Of a DNA stretch of 64,000 nucleotides, positions 24,126 to 37,927 are shown piece after piece. Position 1 is the first letter of the stretch. Each line of letters starts with the position of its first letter. Position numbers and translations under genes: made by a program. The stretch covers positions 69,688,001 to 69,752,000 of the forward strand of contig OX597831.1 of NCBI GenBank assembly GCA_951406725.2, written 5' to 3'. The DNA comes from Octopus vulgaris. Lineage: Eukaryota. Below the pieces are notes generated by a model. The model did no database searches. It saw only the letters and a program-made list of their open reading frames with translations, and was not told the DNA's origin.

Positions 24126-25437
24126 TATCATGATCGTTTAATGTTTATTTTGCATGCCGGTATGGTTTGCACTGTTGGACATGAGCTGGCGAATGAAAAG
24201 ACTGCACTGAGCTCTATTATATGCTTTGGCATGGTTTCTATGGCTAGATGCCCTTCCTAATGCTAACTATTTTACAGAGTTTACTGGGGGATTTTTACAT
24301 GGCACCAGCACCAGTGGGGTCACCAAGTAATTTGCAAGACAAAGACCTCTCAACTGCGATGGGATGTAGTACTGAGGAAGGTGGCTTTGCACCAGTTGAT
24401 GAGAGTTTAAAAAGTGTAATAGAAGGATAGAGATAGGTGTCTTGCTGTAGAGGAGGTACATGGCAACCATAGTTGGAAAGGAGAGAAAAATAAAGAAACA
24501 AAGAGAGCAAGTGGGAGAGTGAGAGTTAGAGAAGTGGTGGTGGTGGTGGTGGTGGTGGAGGAGATGTTTCAGGATATACCCTCAAGGTACAGTGAGGGAT
24601 GAAATTAAGTGGTGTAGAGGATTGGACTGGGTGAGTGGGAAGTGGGGATAGAGGGATAAGTTTGACAAGAGTGTAAGTGGAGATGGTTAGAAATAGGGTG
24701 GTTGTTGCAAGTGATGGTGTGAGATAGTGAGGGCATTGTGAGTAAGATCAGATTAGAGAGCTATTAAGGGTGGAATGTAGAATAGGGGTAAGAGCAATGT
24801 TTGAAGGTACAGAAAGGATGTAATTGATGAAAATAGGGATCAGGGAAGATAATGAGAAATGGAAGTAGTTCCAGGTGGTGTGGATGAAGGTAACCAGAAG
24901 GGAGGGGATGTAGTATGTACTTATTCTGCTCTCTGAAAATGAGAAATGGGTGTGGTTTTGAGAGTGGGAGAAAGTAACTAAAAAGGAAGGAATATATCAT
25001 GTGCCTGTTCTGCTCCCAGGTGATAACAGCAGCCAAGTAGTACCATAGATATAAAAGTGATGAATGTTAGTGGATGAGATGTGAGGTAAATACTTGACTG
25101 GGCCCACAGAATGGAAGTGGGAACAGAGTCCTGCACATTATTGAGGTAGTTTTAGGATATCATTTCTGATGTGAGTGAGCAGGTCTTCGTAAACACAACA
25201 AAAATGACAATCATCTCAGTCCTTTGTCATCTTCTTCACAAAGCTCAGCATCTTTAGACTGACCTTTAATACTTCATCCTACGTCTTTTTGAGTCTTCCT
25301 TTTTCCATCAGTACCATCAACTTTAAGTGATCGGCACTTCTTTATGCAACTGACGTCATCCATCCCTATCACATGACTAAACCAGTGCAGTTTTCCCTCT
25401 TGCACACTACATGTAATTCCTTTTATGACTAACTTCA
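24125..25437 (-). mobile_element. RTE-clade LINE 3' relic (ORF end, long UTR, family C tail)
   Basis: 25195-25437 minus reads LHWFSHVIGMDD..IKKCRSLKVDG..GKGRLKKT*DEV (RTE RWFGHV..GRP motif); 24125-24320 matches the family C tail in the same orientation. Confidence 0.6.
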
Positions 25438-25706
25438 TAATTATAATTAAATTAATTGCATATTGCTATTCTCATCAGTGCAAAAAAGACAATACATCAA
25501 AAAGAATACATCAGAAGAATGTTATACTGTTATAGAAAATATTTTCAGATATACATAAAGTAGCTTGCTAACCAACCACATGGTTCCGGGTTCAGTCCCA
25601 CTGCATGGCATCTTGGGCAAGTGTCTTCTGCTATAGCCCCGGGCCGACCAATGCCTTGTGAGTGGATTTGGTAGACGGAAACTGAAAGAAGCCTGTCGTA
25701 TATATG

Positions 25707-25741
<35 letters not shown>

Positions 25742-26250
25742 GTGTTTGTGTGCTTGTGTTTGTCCCCCTAGCATTGCTTGACAACCGATGCTGGTGTGTT
25801 TACGTCCCCGTCACTTAGCGGTTCGGCAAAAGAGACCGATAGAATAAGTACTGGGCTTACAAAGAATAAGTCCCGGGTCGATTTTCTCGATTAAAGGTGG
25901 TGCTCCAGCATGGCCACAGTCAAAATGACTGAAACAAGTAAAAAGAGAAAAAGAGAGAGTAAAAAGAGAATATCATTATGAAAGACAACAACATGCTAAG
26001 ATAGTGTTGAGTCTAGTTGTGTATGAACTATAGCTATAAGTGTTTGCCGCATCAGTTGTAATTCATACACACTCAACACTATCTTATCATGTTATTATCT
26101 TTCATAAAGATATTATGTATATAATGTTACGTGACACCCACTCAATCCAGTCTTCCATAACAGTATAACATTTTTCTGATGTATTCTTTTTGATGTATTC
26201 TTTTTTTGCACTGATGAGAACAGCAATATGTAATTAATTTAATTATAATT
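25437..26250. repeat. Long fold-back with a family A SINE (25559-25968) inserted in its left arm
   Basis: 25437-25545 pairs with 26150-26250; 25968-26030 pairs with 26060-26120. Confidence 0.85.
25559..25968 (+). mobile_element. SINE family A
   Basis: Aligns to 1410-1803. Confidence 0.9.
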
Positions 26251-26538
26251 AAATTAAATTTTACCATGTTATTTACGTGTTAATATTACCATTTGGATTA
26301 AATTTTTTAAAACTTATAACACCTTCTCTTCTCCATCTTTAATTGTTTGTTGAGTTTCTATGTAATGTGTGTTCTATAAATGCTCTTAACACATTTTATA
26401 CTTGTAACATTTTCATATTCGAAAAATTCTTACTACTGTAAGCTACCAATGCAATATGAAGAATCTTTATTAGAAATTGACCTTTGGAACCTCGCAAAGT
26501 AAAGAATGATATAGAACTCAACCTTTTCTCACATATAT

Positions 26539-26585
<47 letters not shown>

Positions 26586-26623
26586 CATATGTACAGAGTA
26601 TCAGGTGTGATGTATAGAATCGA

Positions 26624-26823
26624 ATATTGAGGGAAAAAAGTCATCAGAATTTTGGAAAAAAACCTTTTTATTTCTTCATTATTAATAGTGCTTTCCTTCC
26701 TCTCTAGAACTTGTCAAAGGCAAATTGTATTTGACAAGTTCGAGAGAGGAATGAAAGCGCTAATAATAATGAAGAAATAAAAGGATCTTTTTCCAAAATT
26801 CTGATGACTTTCTTTCTCAATAT
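26624..26823. repeat. Inverted repeat (~95 bp arms) between (TA)n tracts, just upstream of a PLE relic
   Basis: atattgagggaaaaaagtcatcagaattttggaaaaa...gaacttgtcaaa / tttgacaagttc...tttttccaaaattctgatgactttctttctcaatat. Confidence 0.9.
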
Positions 26824-26886
26824 GTATATATAAATATAAATATGTATATATATATAATATATATATCTAAATATATATATATATAT

Positions 26887-27860
26887 CCTTTTTAATTTGG
26901 CAAAAGAGCTTGCACAATAGTGTCTGATAGAACTACTTGGGAACTTCATCTTCAAGACCTCAAAACAACACTAACGGAAAGACAATGTCCACCCTCACTT
27001 ATATAGATAATGGAATTAAGCGTGCCAAGAAATTAGACATAAAACACTAAGGACAACAAAGCATAACACCACACCTCATCTCAAAACACTACTGTATATA
27101 TCAACCCACAATCCTTGAAACAATGTGGCATACAACAATCTCCCATTACTAACGAGAGACCCAAAAATGAACAACAGCCTGAAATCACATAAACTCATCA
27201 AATGCGAAAAGCAACACAAATCGCTAAAGAGACTTCTAACAAATGTGAAGCTTTACACAACAACCACAAAACCAACGGTTAAAAAATGTGGACGCCCAAA
27301 CTGTGGAACATGCCCCAACCTACTTGAAGGCTCAGATTTCCTTTTCAAACAAGGAAAGAGGTTCACAATTAAAACCAACTTCACTTGTGCCTCTGAGAAC
27401 CTAATTTATGAAATAACCTGCTTGGGTTGTGGACATCACTATATAGGACAGAAAAGTTTGACATTGAGATGGAGAACCACTCTACATAAAGAGCAGATCC
27501 GATTCCTGCAATACAAATTCCTTTAAGTGAACACATAGAGAAATTTGCAGGTAACATCAAACCAAATTTCACAGTCTTCCCCTTCTATCAGTGCAAAGAT
27601 GTAATTTCTTTACAAGAAAGTTTAAATAAAGAACATTTTTCATTGAAAAATACAGGACACGTTTAAGTATGCATGCGTAACCAAATTTGATCTCTAAACA
27701 TATTTTAATTCATGATTACATACCCATCACTGTACATATTTCTCCCACCCACTCTAGTTTTTAAATTTTTGTGTATATATATTCCACCCCCACTGCCAAA
27801 AACTGAACAATTATCTCCCCTATCCACAATAATAACGATAACCAATTACATCCCCTTAGC
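26887..27860 (+). mobile_element. Penelope-like element relic (RT thumb, Cys linker, GIY-YIG endonuclease)
   Basis: KKCGRPNCGTCP...FTCASENLIYEITCLGCGHHYIGQ..LRWRTTLH is a PLE GIY-YIG domain; upstream LAKRACTIVSD..LQDLKTTLTERQCP resembles the thumb; frameshifted. Confidence 0.9.
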
Positions 27861-28434
27861 TTCTTCTAATTGTTGAATTGTGTATATGTGTATAAAATAT
27901 ACACATATACAAAAATAAAAGGGTATTAAGAGTGAAGTTGAATGAAGAAAAATATATGGAATAAATCAGTGCATAATAAAGGCAAATAAAAATTTAAGAC
28001 AATGGAGCTAAAATAATATAAATATATAAAAATACAAGAGTATAAATACAAACAATAAAGTGTAAGGTAACCAGAACAGAGTCCATTCAAGGCCAACTCT
28101 ATGATTGTTTCAAAGGATGCTGCTTCACATTGTTAATGTACAATCCATTAAAGAAATCCAATGGCAACACCTTTTCATCAGTAGAAAACATAGAAAGGCT
28201 TCACCTTATTTACTGTTGGGTTTTACCATTGGGTGCCCTATTGTTTTAATATATATTTGTATTCGATTCTGATAATTGTGGAATGATATAAAGTCGTTTT
28301 GACCGAATGTAGCGTTTATTCATTAAATGTGTGTGTGTGTGTATGTATATATGATTGTTAAACAGGATAGCAAACATTAAGGCAAGCAAACATCTCAAGT
28401 TATATACAATATTATTATGCAAAGGAATTCAAAA

Positions 28435-28471
28435 CCTTACAGCTGTTTGTGGGATATTTTGTCATCAGAGA
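28435..28471 (-). ncRNA. Degenerate type I hammerhead motif in a PLE-type tail
   Basis: Minus tct-CTGATGA-caaaatatccca-cAAAC-agct-GTA-agg; palindromic stem III present, stem II and one core G decayed. Confidence 0.45.
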
Positions 28472-28877
28472 CAAATAGGGAAAAAATAGGGAAAATGAGA
28501 ATGGTATATATTAATAAAATGATGGCATAGAGGAGGGGAGTAAAAGGATAAGGAGATGGAAAGAAAGAAGAGAAAATAAGCATAACAGTACATAGATCAA
28601 ATTTCTGAAGTTATAAAAACCAGAGCATGAGTCCTTAGGTGCAATCCTGCATAGATCCATGATAATAAGTCTTTAGGTGCAATCCTGTATAGATCCATGT
28701 GGGTTAAAGTCCTGATATAGTAGGCATCCCTAGAAAAAGACGCGAATATATCAAGATTCAATAACTACGGTCTTGGCTATAACCTTGAACCCCAGTAATC
28801 CGTTACAGCACTTACCTAGCATACCTAATCATTTAGATCATCTGTAAACAAAACACCCATACTTTGTGTGTGTGTAT

Positions 28878-28922
<45 letters not shown>

Positions 28923-29239
28923 CACACACATATATATATATATATACATGTATGTATATATAATTGCATGATTTTGTGCATCCGTGGATGTAAGCTTTCC
29001 ATAAAAGTGTGAGATAAAGCATGAGTTTCATACTATCCCAAAATGTATTTCTACATCCAACCATATATACCCTGCTATACATACACACACATACATATAT
29101 ATACATGGTAGCTGCCCCCTCGTTATGGAGTATGGCCATTGCATGAAGCTTAATCAATGTTGTTATCGTGCAATGCCTGTGCAAGGAGATTTTTTTTTTA
29201 AAGTGAGGAAAGTCTGTGCACTGAGTCAATCCCACTCAC

Positions 29240-29547
29240 TATGCAACAGCAGCCATAATCCGAAAAGAAGAACAAGTCAACATCATCAGTAACCACTGAG
29301 CCGCAGGTTTTATGTCAGAGTTATCCCAGTTTCCTGAGTTACCTTCTCCTGGAAGGATGCCCTAACAAAGGCTAGGAGTCCTTCACTCCCAATGGTTTAA
29401 CCGCGCGATTGGGTATTGAGTCCAATCATTTCTATGTCCCCGTACATGATACAGCCTTAAGACCCTTTGATGGGTTATGTTTTGCATCCTGCAGGGTGTC
29501 CAATAAACACCCTCCTCACCAAGCAAGCTTGGTTGGGTTGCCAGTTT
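29240..29547 (-). mobile_element. Possible RTE-family 5' UTR fragment
   Basis: Minus cttgcttggtgaggaggtg start and tagcctttgttagggcatccttccaggagaagg resemble RTE/RTE-X 5' UTR motifs (from memory). Confidence 0.35.
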
Positions 29548-29632
29548 ATGTATATGTATATGTATATATTACATATATACATATACATATATACATATGC
29601 ATATATATATATATATATATATATACACATTT

Positions 29633-29687
<55 letters not shown>

Positions 29688-29779
29688 CATACATATAAAT
29701 ATATATATACAAATATACATATATATATACATATATATTACACACACACACAGAGACACATATATATATATATATATAC

Positions 29780-29856
<77 letters not shown>

Positions 29857-29880
29857 CGTGCGTGTGTGTGTGTGTGTATA
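29548..29880. repeat. Compound (TA)/(CA)/(TG) microsatellite
   Basis: Directly visible. Confidence 0.95.
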
Positions 29881-31104
29881 CTTTTATTAAAGCTGCAAAA
29901 TTGTCACAAAAAAATCTGATGAACAGGGACATGAAACTTTGAGAAACAATTTTTCTAACAATTTTATAGCTTTCATATTACTCTTCCTTCAGTATTTGAG
30001 TACTATTTTTTTCACCTTGATTTGCACTTATGTGCTCACCTCTGTGTGTGTATTTGTGTATATATATTTGCATGTGTATTTATGTGTGTATAAAAATGAG
30101 TATTTGTTTATTGATTGCTTACATGCTCTAGCAGATAAAGCAATTAATACAGAGATATTGCTTATGCTTGCCATAAAAGCATGTCTGGCTGCTGAGTAGT
30201 TAATTGCATGACAGCAGACGTATAGCTGCCTTAATTTGTAGCAACTAATGGCTTGCAACAAGAGAATCATTTGTTTTTAAAATTCTCTCATAATATATGT
30301 TGTCCAACCCATGAAGACATGAAAAAGTGGGTGTAAAACGGAAGTAAAAATAATTTACAGTTGTCAAAGGTTCTTTTTGTAAGTTCATCTCCTTTGAAAG
30401 AAAAGGAATTAAAAAAAGAAATTAAGTGGTTCTATCATCTTTCTTTTTATGAAGATTAGTGGCAACTATTGATTTGAGAGCCAAAGGATATCAACTTAAA
30501 AAAAGACAACTTAATATATATATGCATGTATGTTAATGGGTGTATGTACAGAGAGAGGGAGAGAGAGAGAGAGAGAGCTGGCTTCTGCACAGTTTCTATC
30601 TACCAAATTCCGGTCACATGGGTTTGGCCAAATACTACAAAGATACTTGCCAAATACTACAAAGTGAGATCAAACCTAGGATTAAGGTCCTGTAAAGAAA
30701 ACTTTTAAAATTATATCACCATTCCTACATCTGGTTGTGTTAATATTTTTAGCTTTTTAATTCTTCCGGAAAAGGTGTGGATATCACAACCTCTTATGTT
30801 ACATTCTGTTTAAAGCACAAGGTCTTTATATCAAGTTTAAAATGAAAAACAGGCATTTCATTTGATATTCATCATTTATTTATTACAGGATTAAGACATG
30901 TGAAATATTTAATAGTAAATACAGTTAATATAAAATGACTTTTTCATGCACAACTTCCTTGTTTCCCATGAGTTTCAAAGGTTACAACATCTAGAATTAT
31001 ATAAATATAAGCATTAATGACATATGAATATACAGTAAAATGCTACATAAAATTCCAGTGCAGTGCTTTTAAATTTACAGTCTCATCTACTATGTAAATG
31101 AGAG

Positions 31105-31182
31105 TGTATGTATGTATGTATGTATGTATGTATGTATGTATGTATGTATGTATGTATGTATGCATGTATGTATGTATGTATG
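31105..31182. repeat. (TATG)n microsatellite
   Basis: Directly visible. Confidence 0.95.
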
Positions 31183-31684
31183 AGAATATATCACAGAAAG
31201 GCTATGAAACAGTGTGTCCTGAAGGAAAATGGATTTAATTTTTGAAATCTGGTCCCAAAGAAGGTTTTTTGGTTATAATTAATCAAAAATGATAATTTAT
31301 TATGAGAAATAACTCATCTTTTAAATCGATGAATTTATCTCTCTCTGTTTTCCTCAGGCTCTCTTTCTCTTTTATGTCATTCCCTTCTCTCACTATATTT
31401 ACCACACTCATTATCACTCTTGTTTTGCATAAGATATGATATGCAATTGCTTTCATTTTGTTTAAACTTCATCATTGTAATGTTTACTTTAATATTTCTG
31501 ATAGACAGCTGTCATGTAGAAAATACCAAATCTTGAATAAAAATTATCAAGCTTTAGACCTGAGTAAAATTAATAATTTTTTTTCTGAAATAAATGAATC
31601 TCAAAATCGGATTCAGTCTGAGAAAGTACATCAATATACCAAATTCGAAAAACTTCACTTCAAAATCTGTGACAATAACAGAGA

Positions 31685-31748
<64 letters not shown>

Positions 31749-32630
31749 ATCTATTTATCTATCTATCTATCTATCTATCTCTATTTCTTCCTTTAACGCA
31801 AACTTTACACTCACCATATATATATTTGCCACACTTTCTCTCTATATGTATATCATTCATGTGAGTGTGTGTATGTTTGTGCATGCTTGAGTGCATGTGT
31901 GTGTGTATGTGTGTGTGTATGTGTATGTGTGTGTGTATATGTGTGTGTGTGTGTATGTGTGTGTGTATATGTGTGTGTGTGTGTGCATGTGTGTAAGGAA
32001 TTTCATTTGGGTGAAAGAGTTAAAAAACTCTCACAAAGCATCAGCAGTGAACTAAGAAAAATCTTTACATCTATTTACAAAATCGAGAAACATTATAAAT
32101 TGCCCGCCAAAAGACAGATATCTGTCCTGATCAAGAGGCCTATCTGTTGGATGATCTGACATGGAATAAAAAAGAATTGAAATATAGGCAATTGTGAAAT
32201 TGCCTGGCTAAGTTGGGATACTCAGCTAGCATTTTATAGATTTGCATTCTAATAAATTCAGTCAAAATTTCTGGAAGTATTCAGTTGTATGTTATATAAA
32301 TTTATCTAATGCTATATCAATTTATGGTTTAATTCTGCATGTTTAGTCAAATGCTAAATTTATAACCAAAAGTTTTATAAGTTCAGTCAAAAATCAACTG
32401 TGACTTTCAAAAAGTTACACAAGTTTTCCTTTAGTATGCTTTTTCTTTGTCATTTATACAGTTTCAGATAACTTTGAAATGAAATTTTAAATGTTTGTAA
32501 GTTTATATAAATTGACAATTAGTGCCATATAAATTTATACTTTAGTATGATATCAAGTTACAGGGTAATGTTAAATAAAAATATGGTTTTACACTATGTA
32601 AAGTTATAGTGCAATGTTGAATAGATATAC

Positions 32631-33056
32631 ATAGGCGCAGGAGTGGCTGTGTGGTAAGTAGCTTGCTAACCAACCACATGGTTCCAGGTTCAGTCCCACT
32701 GCGTGACACCTTGGGCAGGTGTCTTCTACTATAGCCCCGGGCCGACCAATGCCTTGTGAGTGGATTTGGTAGACGGAAACTGAAAGAAGACTGTCGTATA
32801 TATGTATATATGTATATATATATATATATATATTTATGTGTGTCTGTGTTTGTCGGTATTTGTCCCCCTAGCATTGCTTGACAACCGATGCTGGTGTGTT
32901 TATGTCCCCGTTACTTAGCGGTTCGGCAAAAGAGACTGATAGAATAAGTACTGGGCTTACAAAAAGAATAAGTCCCGGGGTCGAGTTGCTCATTAAAGGT
33001 GGTGCTCCAGCATGGCCGCAGTCAAATGACTGAAACAAGTAAAAGAGTAAAAGAGT
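32631..33056 (+). mobile_element. SINE family A, full length
   Basis: taggcgcaggagtggctgtgtgg head through the aagtaaaagagtaaaagag tail. Confidence 0.9.
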
Positions 33057-34286
33057 TTATGCTATACAAATATACAGTAGATGCTATATAAATTTACAGT
33101 CAAATGCTATATAAGTTTAGTCAAATTCTAACAAATAAATAAATAAAAGTAATGAATTGTACTTATTGATATCTACCATAGCTTTAATGACTGCAGCAGA
33201 ATATTTCTTAAGTTATATGTATAGTGAATTCGTATTGCTTTATTTATACAAAAATTATTTACATAGAAGAAACAACAGGCCTTTCTTTGAATGCTAATCT
33301 GATTAGCTTGCATTTTCTTGCACTAACGGGTTACCATATCAGTGGATAGTAAAATTTTAAGTACGTTCATGTTGCATGCTAAGAAGACATATCGAAGATT
33401 TTGTGTTGACTTCATATTTCAAGAATAATTCTCTGTTGAAGTGTCAGACATTTGTTGTTATTGATTTTAACCAAACTGACTCTTGACAATATGCATCACT
33501 GCCAAGCAAACAAGCAAGCCTCTATAAGGCCTTTTGACCTGTTACAAATAGCTACCAAATTTACACAAATTACAACATACTGTGTAAATAAATAAAAATG
33601 CTAGTTCTGGATGTACAAAAACTAGATAGGTTGTGGTTAGGATGCCATTGATCACTGGTCTGTTCAATGGGAATTGATCTCAGGATAAACAACAAATTCT
33701 TATAACAGTTTCTCAAATCTATTTTATATTTCTCAGGAAAGTCTTTTACACAATTACAATTCTATACATCTGAATTTGAGCACACACATTACTATTGCAC
33801 ATAGGAAATAGTTGAAATGTCCGGTAATACCAGTTTACAATGAAGAAAGCAGCTAATTTTATAATGATTGGTTTGCATAAATAATTTCGTTTTTACAGCT
33901 TTTATTCAGTCTTAACTAAATTCACTAATTGTAAAAGTATTGCTCTGCATACAATTTACTTTAAGTCAGATTCAGCATTAATCTATGACAGCAGCAGCAG
34001 CAGCGACAAAATAATGCAGACTGCTTCTTAGAAATCAGCATTTTAAAGTTTCATTTCAAAATCATCTGAAACAATATAAATGACAGAGAGAAAATGTACT
34101 AATAGAAAATTTGGGTGAATTTTGAAGCGTCAGAGTTGACATCGTTTCTGAAAGCTAAACTATAAGTTTAATATGTAATTAGTATTTACATTGTTAATTT
34201 TACTGTATTGTCAGTACCGTAATTTTTATTCAAGTTAATTAAGAGCAAAGCTTCTCCAGAGCTCTGGTAATATTTCTTACCTTGGA

Positions 34287-34503
34287 AGGTGGTGAGATGG
34301 CAGAAACGTTAGCACACTGGGTGAAATGCTTAGCAGTATTTCATCTGTCTTTATGTTCTGAGTTCAAATTCCACTGAGGTCGACTTTGCCTTTCATCCTT
34401 TCGGGGTTGATAAATTAAGTACCAGTTACATAGTGGGGTCGATCTAATCGACTGACCCCCTCCCCAAAAATTTTGGGTCTTGTGCCTAGAGTAGAAAAGA
34501 ATC
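34287..34503 (+). mobile_element. SINE family B with 14-bp TSD
   Basis: TSD tttcttaccttgga at 34273-34286 and 34504-34517. Confidence 0.9.
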
Positions 34504-35307
34504 TTTCTTACCTTGGACAAGCAGCAAAAAAAATGGGACATGTAAGGTAATCGTAATAATCAATTGAAGTTGAATATTCTTATGATTTTTAATTTAATTC
34601 TTCACTACACTGTGTGGCTTGTTTCCTTCTTTAAAATGTTAGTTATCTACATATTGGAAATCATCCAACATCCATTTTGTCAGATTTTGAATCTATTTGA
34701 GTTGAGAAAGAAATGGTTCTGCTGTTATAAGTCTGCTTAAGCTTTTATTTACAATTTCCCATTCATAGCTTCCTTTCACACCAACCTGCCTAAGACTACT
34801 TCTCATTTTATGATACAAACATTTCATTTTGAGCCAACTGCATTTAAACTAGAATTTTCCTTAAAATATTTTATGTAAGAAACATTTTAAAAGTTATTTC
34901 AAAAACAAACTTAATGGAAAATTTAATAATTTCAGTAAATCCCCTCCAAATTCTTGATTATTTTTTAAAGTGATTGAAACATAGGTGATCTGTTTTATTA
35001 AAGACCTGATCAAAAAATGGGTTAACTTTGCAAACACAAAGGATCTCATCCAGCTGATAGTTCCTTGTTTTTTATAGATATTTCCATTGTTTTATCTGTT
35101 TCACTACCATACAGTATTGTACTGTCATACTGGGTCATATATGTTAATCACGCATCATGTTCAAGTATAAACACATACAGAAATTATATGCAAACCATAT
35201 AATGAAATTCACATTAAATGAAATTCACATTCTAAAAATGAACATACAGCACACATTAGATAATGTAGCCCCTGACACACTTTACACCTGATCTGAATTA
35301 ACAATAG

Positions 35308-35609
35308 TGGAGGCACATGGCTGAATGGTTAGAGCAGTGGACTCACAGTCGAGGAATAACAGGTTCGAATCTCAGACCGGGTGATGTGTGTGTTTATGAG
35401 CGAAACACCTAAGCTTCACACGGCTCCGGCTGAAGGTAATGGCGAACTTCTGCTGACTCTTTCGCCACAACTTTCTCTCACTCTTTCCTCCTGCATCTTG
35501 TGGCTCACCTGCGATGGACCGGCGTCCCGTCCAAATGGGGAACCTATACACCAAAGAAACCAGGAAACCGGCCCTTATGAGCCAGGCATGGCTTGAGAAG
35601 GAAAAAAAA
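35308..35609 (+). mobile_element. tRNA-derived SINE with 12-bp TSD and A-tail
   Basis: A-box tggctgaatggttagagc, B-box ggttcgaatctc; TSD aattaacaatag at 35296-35307 and 35610-35621. Confidence 0.9.
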
Positions 35610-35784
35610 AATTAACAATAGAGACATATATAATACAGTTGAGGTTATAATATATGAATACAAGTATAGTCTGTAACTAAGCGTATTATATTTGTACACA
35701 CTTATGCATTTTATTTTCCATTGTTTGTTCGTAAATGTATTTAGTTCAAATGATTTGGTACTTCTCACTGTCTTGTTTTGAGAA

Positions 35785-35970
35785 CGCTTCTCGCTGGTTA
35801 TAAAATTAGCAACGAAATTCTCCTCAGATTACACCTTCTCATCTTAAAAAATGGAAAGACATCTAGGATAATGTAATCCTAGGTACATTGTTTGAAAATT
35901 AGTTGGGATGGTCATGAGTGGAACACAAACTTGCTGAGTAAGAGCTGACCAACAGCTAGAAACAATAAAT
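35785..35970 (+). mobile_element. Old dispersed repeat family (3' tail ...ctaaacaacaa)
   Basis: Similar diverged segments at about 33530-33695 (+), 46265-46440 (+) and 53098-53290 (-). Confidence 0.5.
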
Positions 35971-36564
35971 TCTTGTTCTTATTCTAGCAGAAAATAATTT
36001 TCTACTTCTATACTCTGTACCTCTTCCACATCCAGGTAATATTAGTGAAGCTTGTGGAAAGTATAATAGAATTTATTTTCCATTATTATGGTAGAAGTCA
36101 TTTCAAAGATCTGTGTTTTGAAAATTGTAACAGGGTAAATAAGATTAAAAGTCTTCAATCTATAATTGCTTGTCTTCAAATTTCATATCAAGGCCATTAT
36201 TTCTGAACAAATTAAAGCTATTATTTTTGCATCTGTATTAAAATTACAAATTATAGTTTATTTTGAGACTCCATTCCTTTATTACATTTTTTGGTTGTTG
36301 TTCATTGATTCGTTTTTACGTCCATTTTTCTATTCTGGCATGGGTTGGATGAATATGTTTTCAGGCATTGTTTTATCATCAGTCAGTTCAAATTTCTCAT
36401 AACCTTTACTTGTTCTTTTAGTGATAGATTTTCTATTTTACTCTTCTTTGAAAACACAGGGACATCTACAGGATGTTTTATTACCAGGAAATGGCAGCAA
36501 CACTGTGGTTTGCTCAATGCTTTTCATGGATGTGGAATGTAAGCATTCACATCCATGTACGTGG

Positions 36565-36620
<56 letters not shown>

Positions 36621-36797
36621 GCACACTCACACACATATACGTGTTGGTGCCATGTAAAAAACACCTACCAAACTCTGTATAGTGACTGGTATTAAGAAGG
36701 TCATCAAGCAGTAGAAACCAATCCAAATCAGACTGGAACTCAGTGCAGCACTCTGGCTTGCTAGCTCTGGTCAAATCGTCCAACCCATGCCAGTATG

Positions 36798-37456
36798 TGA
36801 TGATGATGATATGATGGCAATCCCTCAAGGTCGAGGATGATGGTCTTCACGCAAATTTACTGGTGAGTCCGTAGGTGACCGATAAGACCAATTCTTGCTT
36901 GAAAAGATCGGTTGCAGTGCGGACATCTAGTGCCGGAAGGGAGAGTTGCACGTGGTTGTTGTTGGCGCTCCTTCCATCATCGTCTTTTCTCCTCCAGCTC
37001 TGCAGACCTTTTCGACTCGAAAGTCGCCGTTCCCTTATGGATGGTGGTTTTCCAGAGTGGTTTGTTTTTTGCCGTTTCCTCCCAGTTAGTGAAGTCGATG
37101 TCACACTTTTTGAGGTTCGTTTTCAGGGAATCCTTGTAGCGTTTCTTCTGGCCTCCTTTTGTACGCTTGCCGTCTTTGAGTTGGGAGTAGAAGATCTGTT
37201 TGGGAAGTCGTTCGTCAGTCATTCTAACCACGTGGTCACTCCATCTTAGTTGGCCTTTGATGACATAGGCTTCGATGCTGGTCATTTTTGCTTCTTGTAG
37301 CACGCTGACGTTTGTTCTTCTGTCTTCCCAGCTGATGTTAAGGATCTCCCGAAGACAGTGTTGGTGAAATTTCTCGAGCGTTTTCAGGTGGTGACTATAC
37401 GGGGTCCAGGTTTCGGATGCGTAAAGGAGGGTTGGAATAATGACTGCCCTGTAAAA
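36798..37456 (-). mobile_element. RTE (BovB-like) LINE 3' fragment with C-terminal C2H2 finger
   Basis: AVIIPTLLYASETWT..LEKFHQHCLREILNISWEDRRTN..QLRWSDHVVRMTDERLPKQIFYSQLKDGKR..GGQKKRYKD..CPHCNRSFQARIGLIGHLRTH; (CAT)n tail; splits a family C element (36645-36797 and 37457-37515). Confidence 0.93.
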
Positions 37457-37927
37457 CAGACATTAAAAGATGATGATGATGAAAATGATAAGGATGATGA
37501 TGATGATGATGATGAGGAGGAGGAGGATGGTGCAAACTAATACAAACTGAAATGCACAAACCAGCCTGTCTTGGAGACCAGCAAATCTGAATAAGAACAG
37601 AGGCTGTAATGACACAGCCAACACATGTAGCATGAAAAACAGATATAAGACTAATGAATGATGATGATGAGTGCTTGTGTGTTTGTTTGTATGCATGTAT
37701 GCATGTGTATATGCATGTATATATGTTTATGTATATTTATCTATTTGTTAATCAATCAGAATTGACTGGGACTTCAAATTTTGCCATTATAGGCTTATTC
37801 ACTCAATCAGTAAAGTTGTTACCAGATTTTCACCTTTAATTGACACTTCTGGTACTTTGTTTTCTCAAAACAGGTGTTTACTTATAAAGGTGTCAGCAGT
37901 TATTTGTCAAAGGGCTTGATTACTTAT

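Noticed and set aside
25790-25850. HDV-like ribozyme in SINE family A (tacgtccccgt..cttagcggttcgg)
   Set aside because: An L3-like word is present, but I could not build consistent P1 and P2 helices across copies.
29409-29942. Long ORFs rich in YI/HT/CV dipeptides (also near 5357, 38945, 39935, 44946, 46460)
   Set aside because: Translations of dinucleotide microsatellites.
34511-34600. Signal-peptide-like minus-strand exon ending caag|gtaag
   Set aside because: In-frame stop upstream and no start codon or acceptor.
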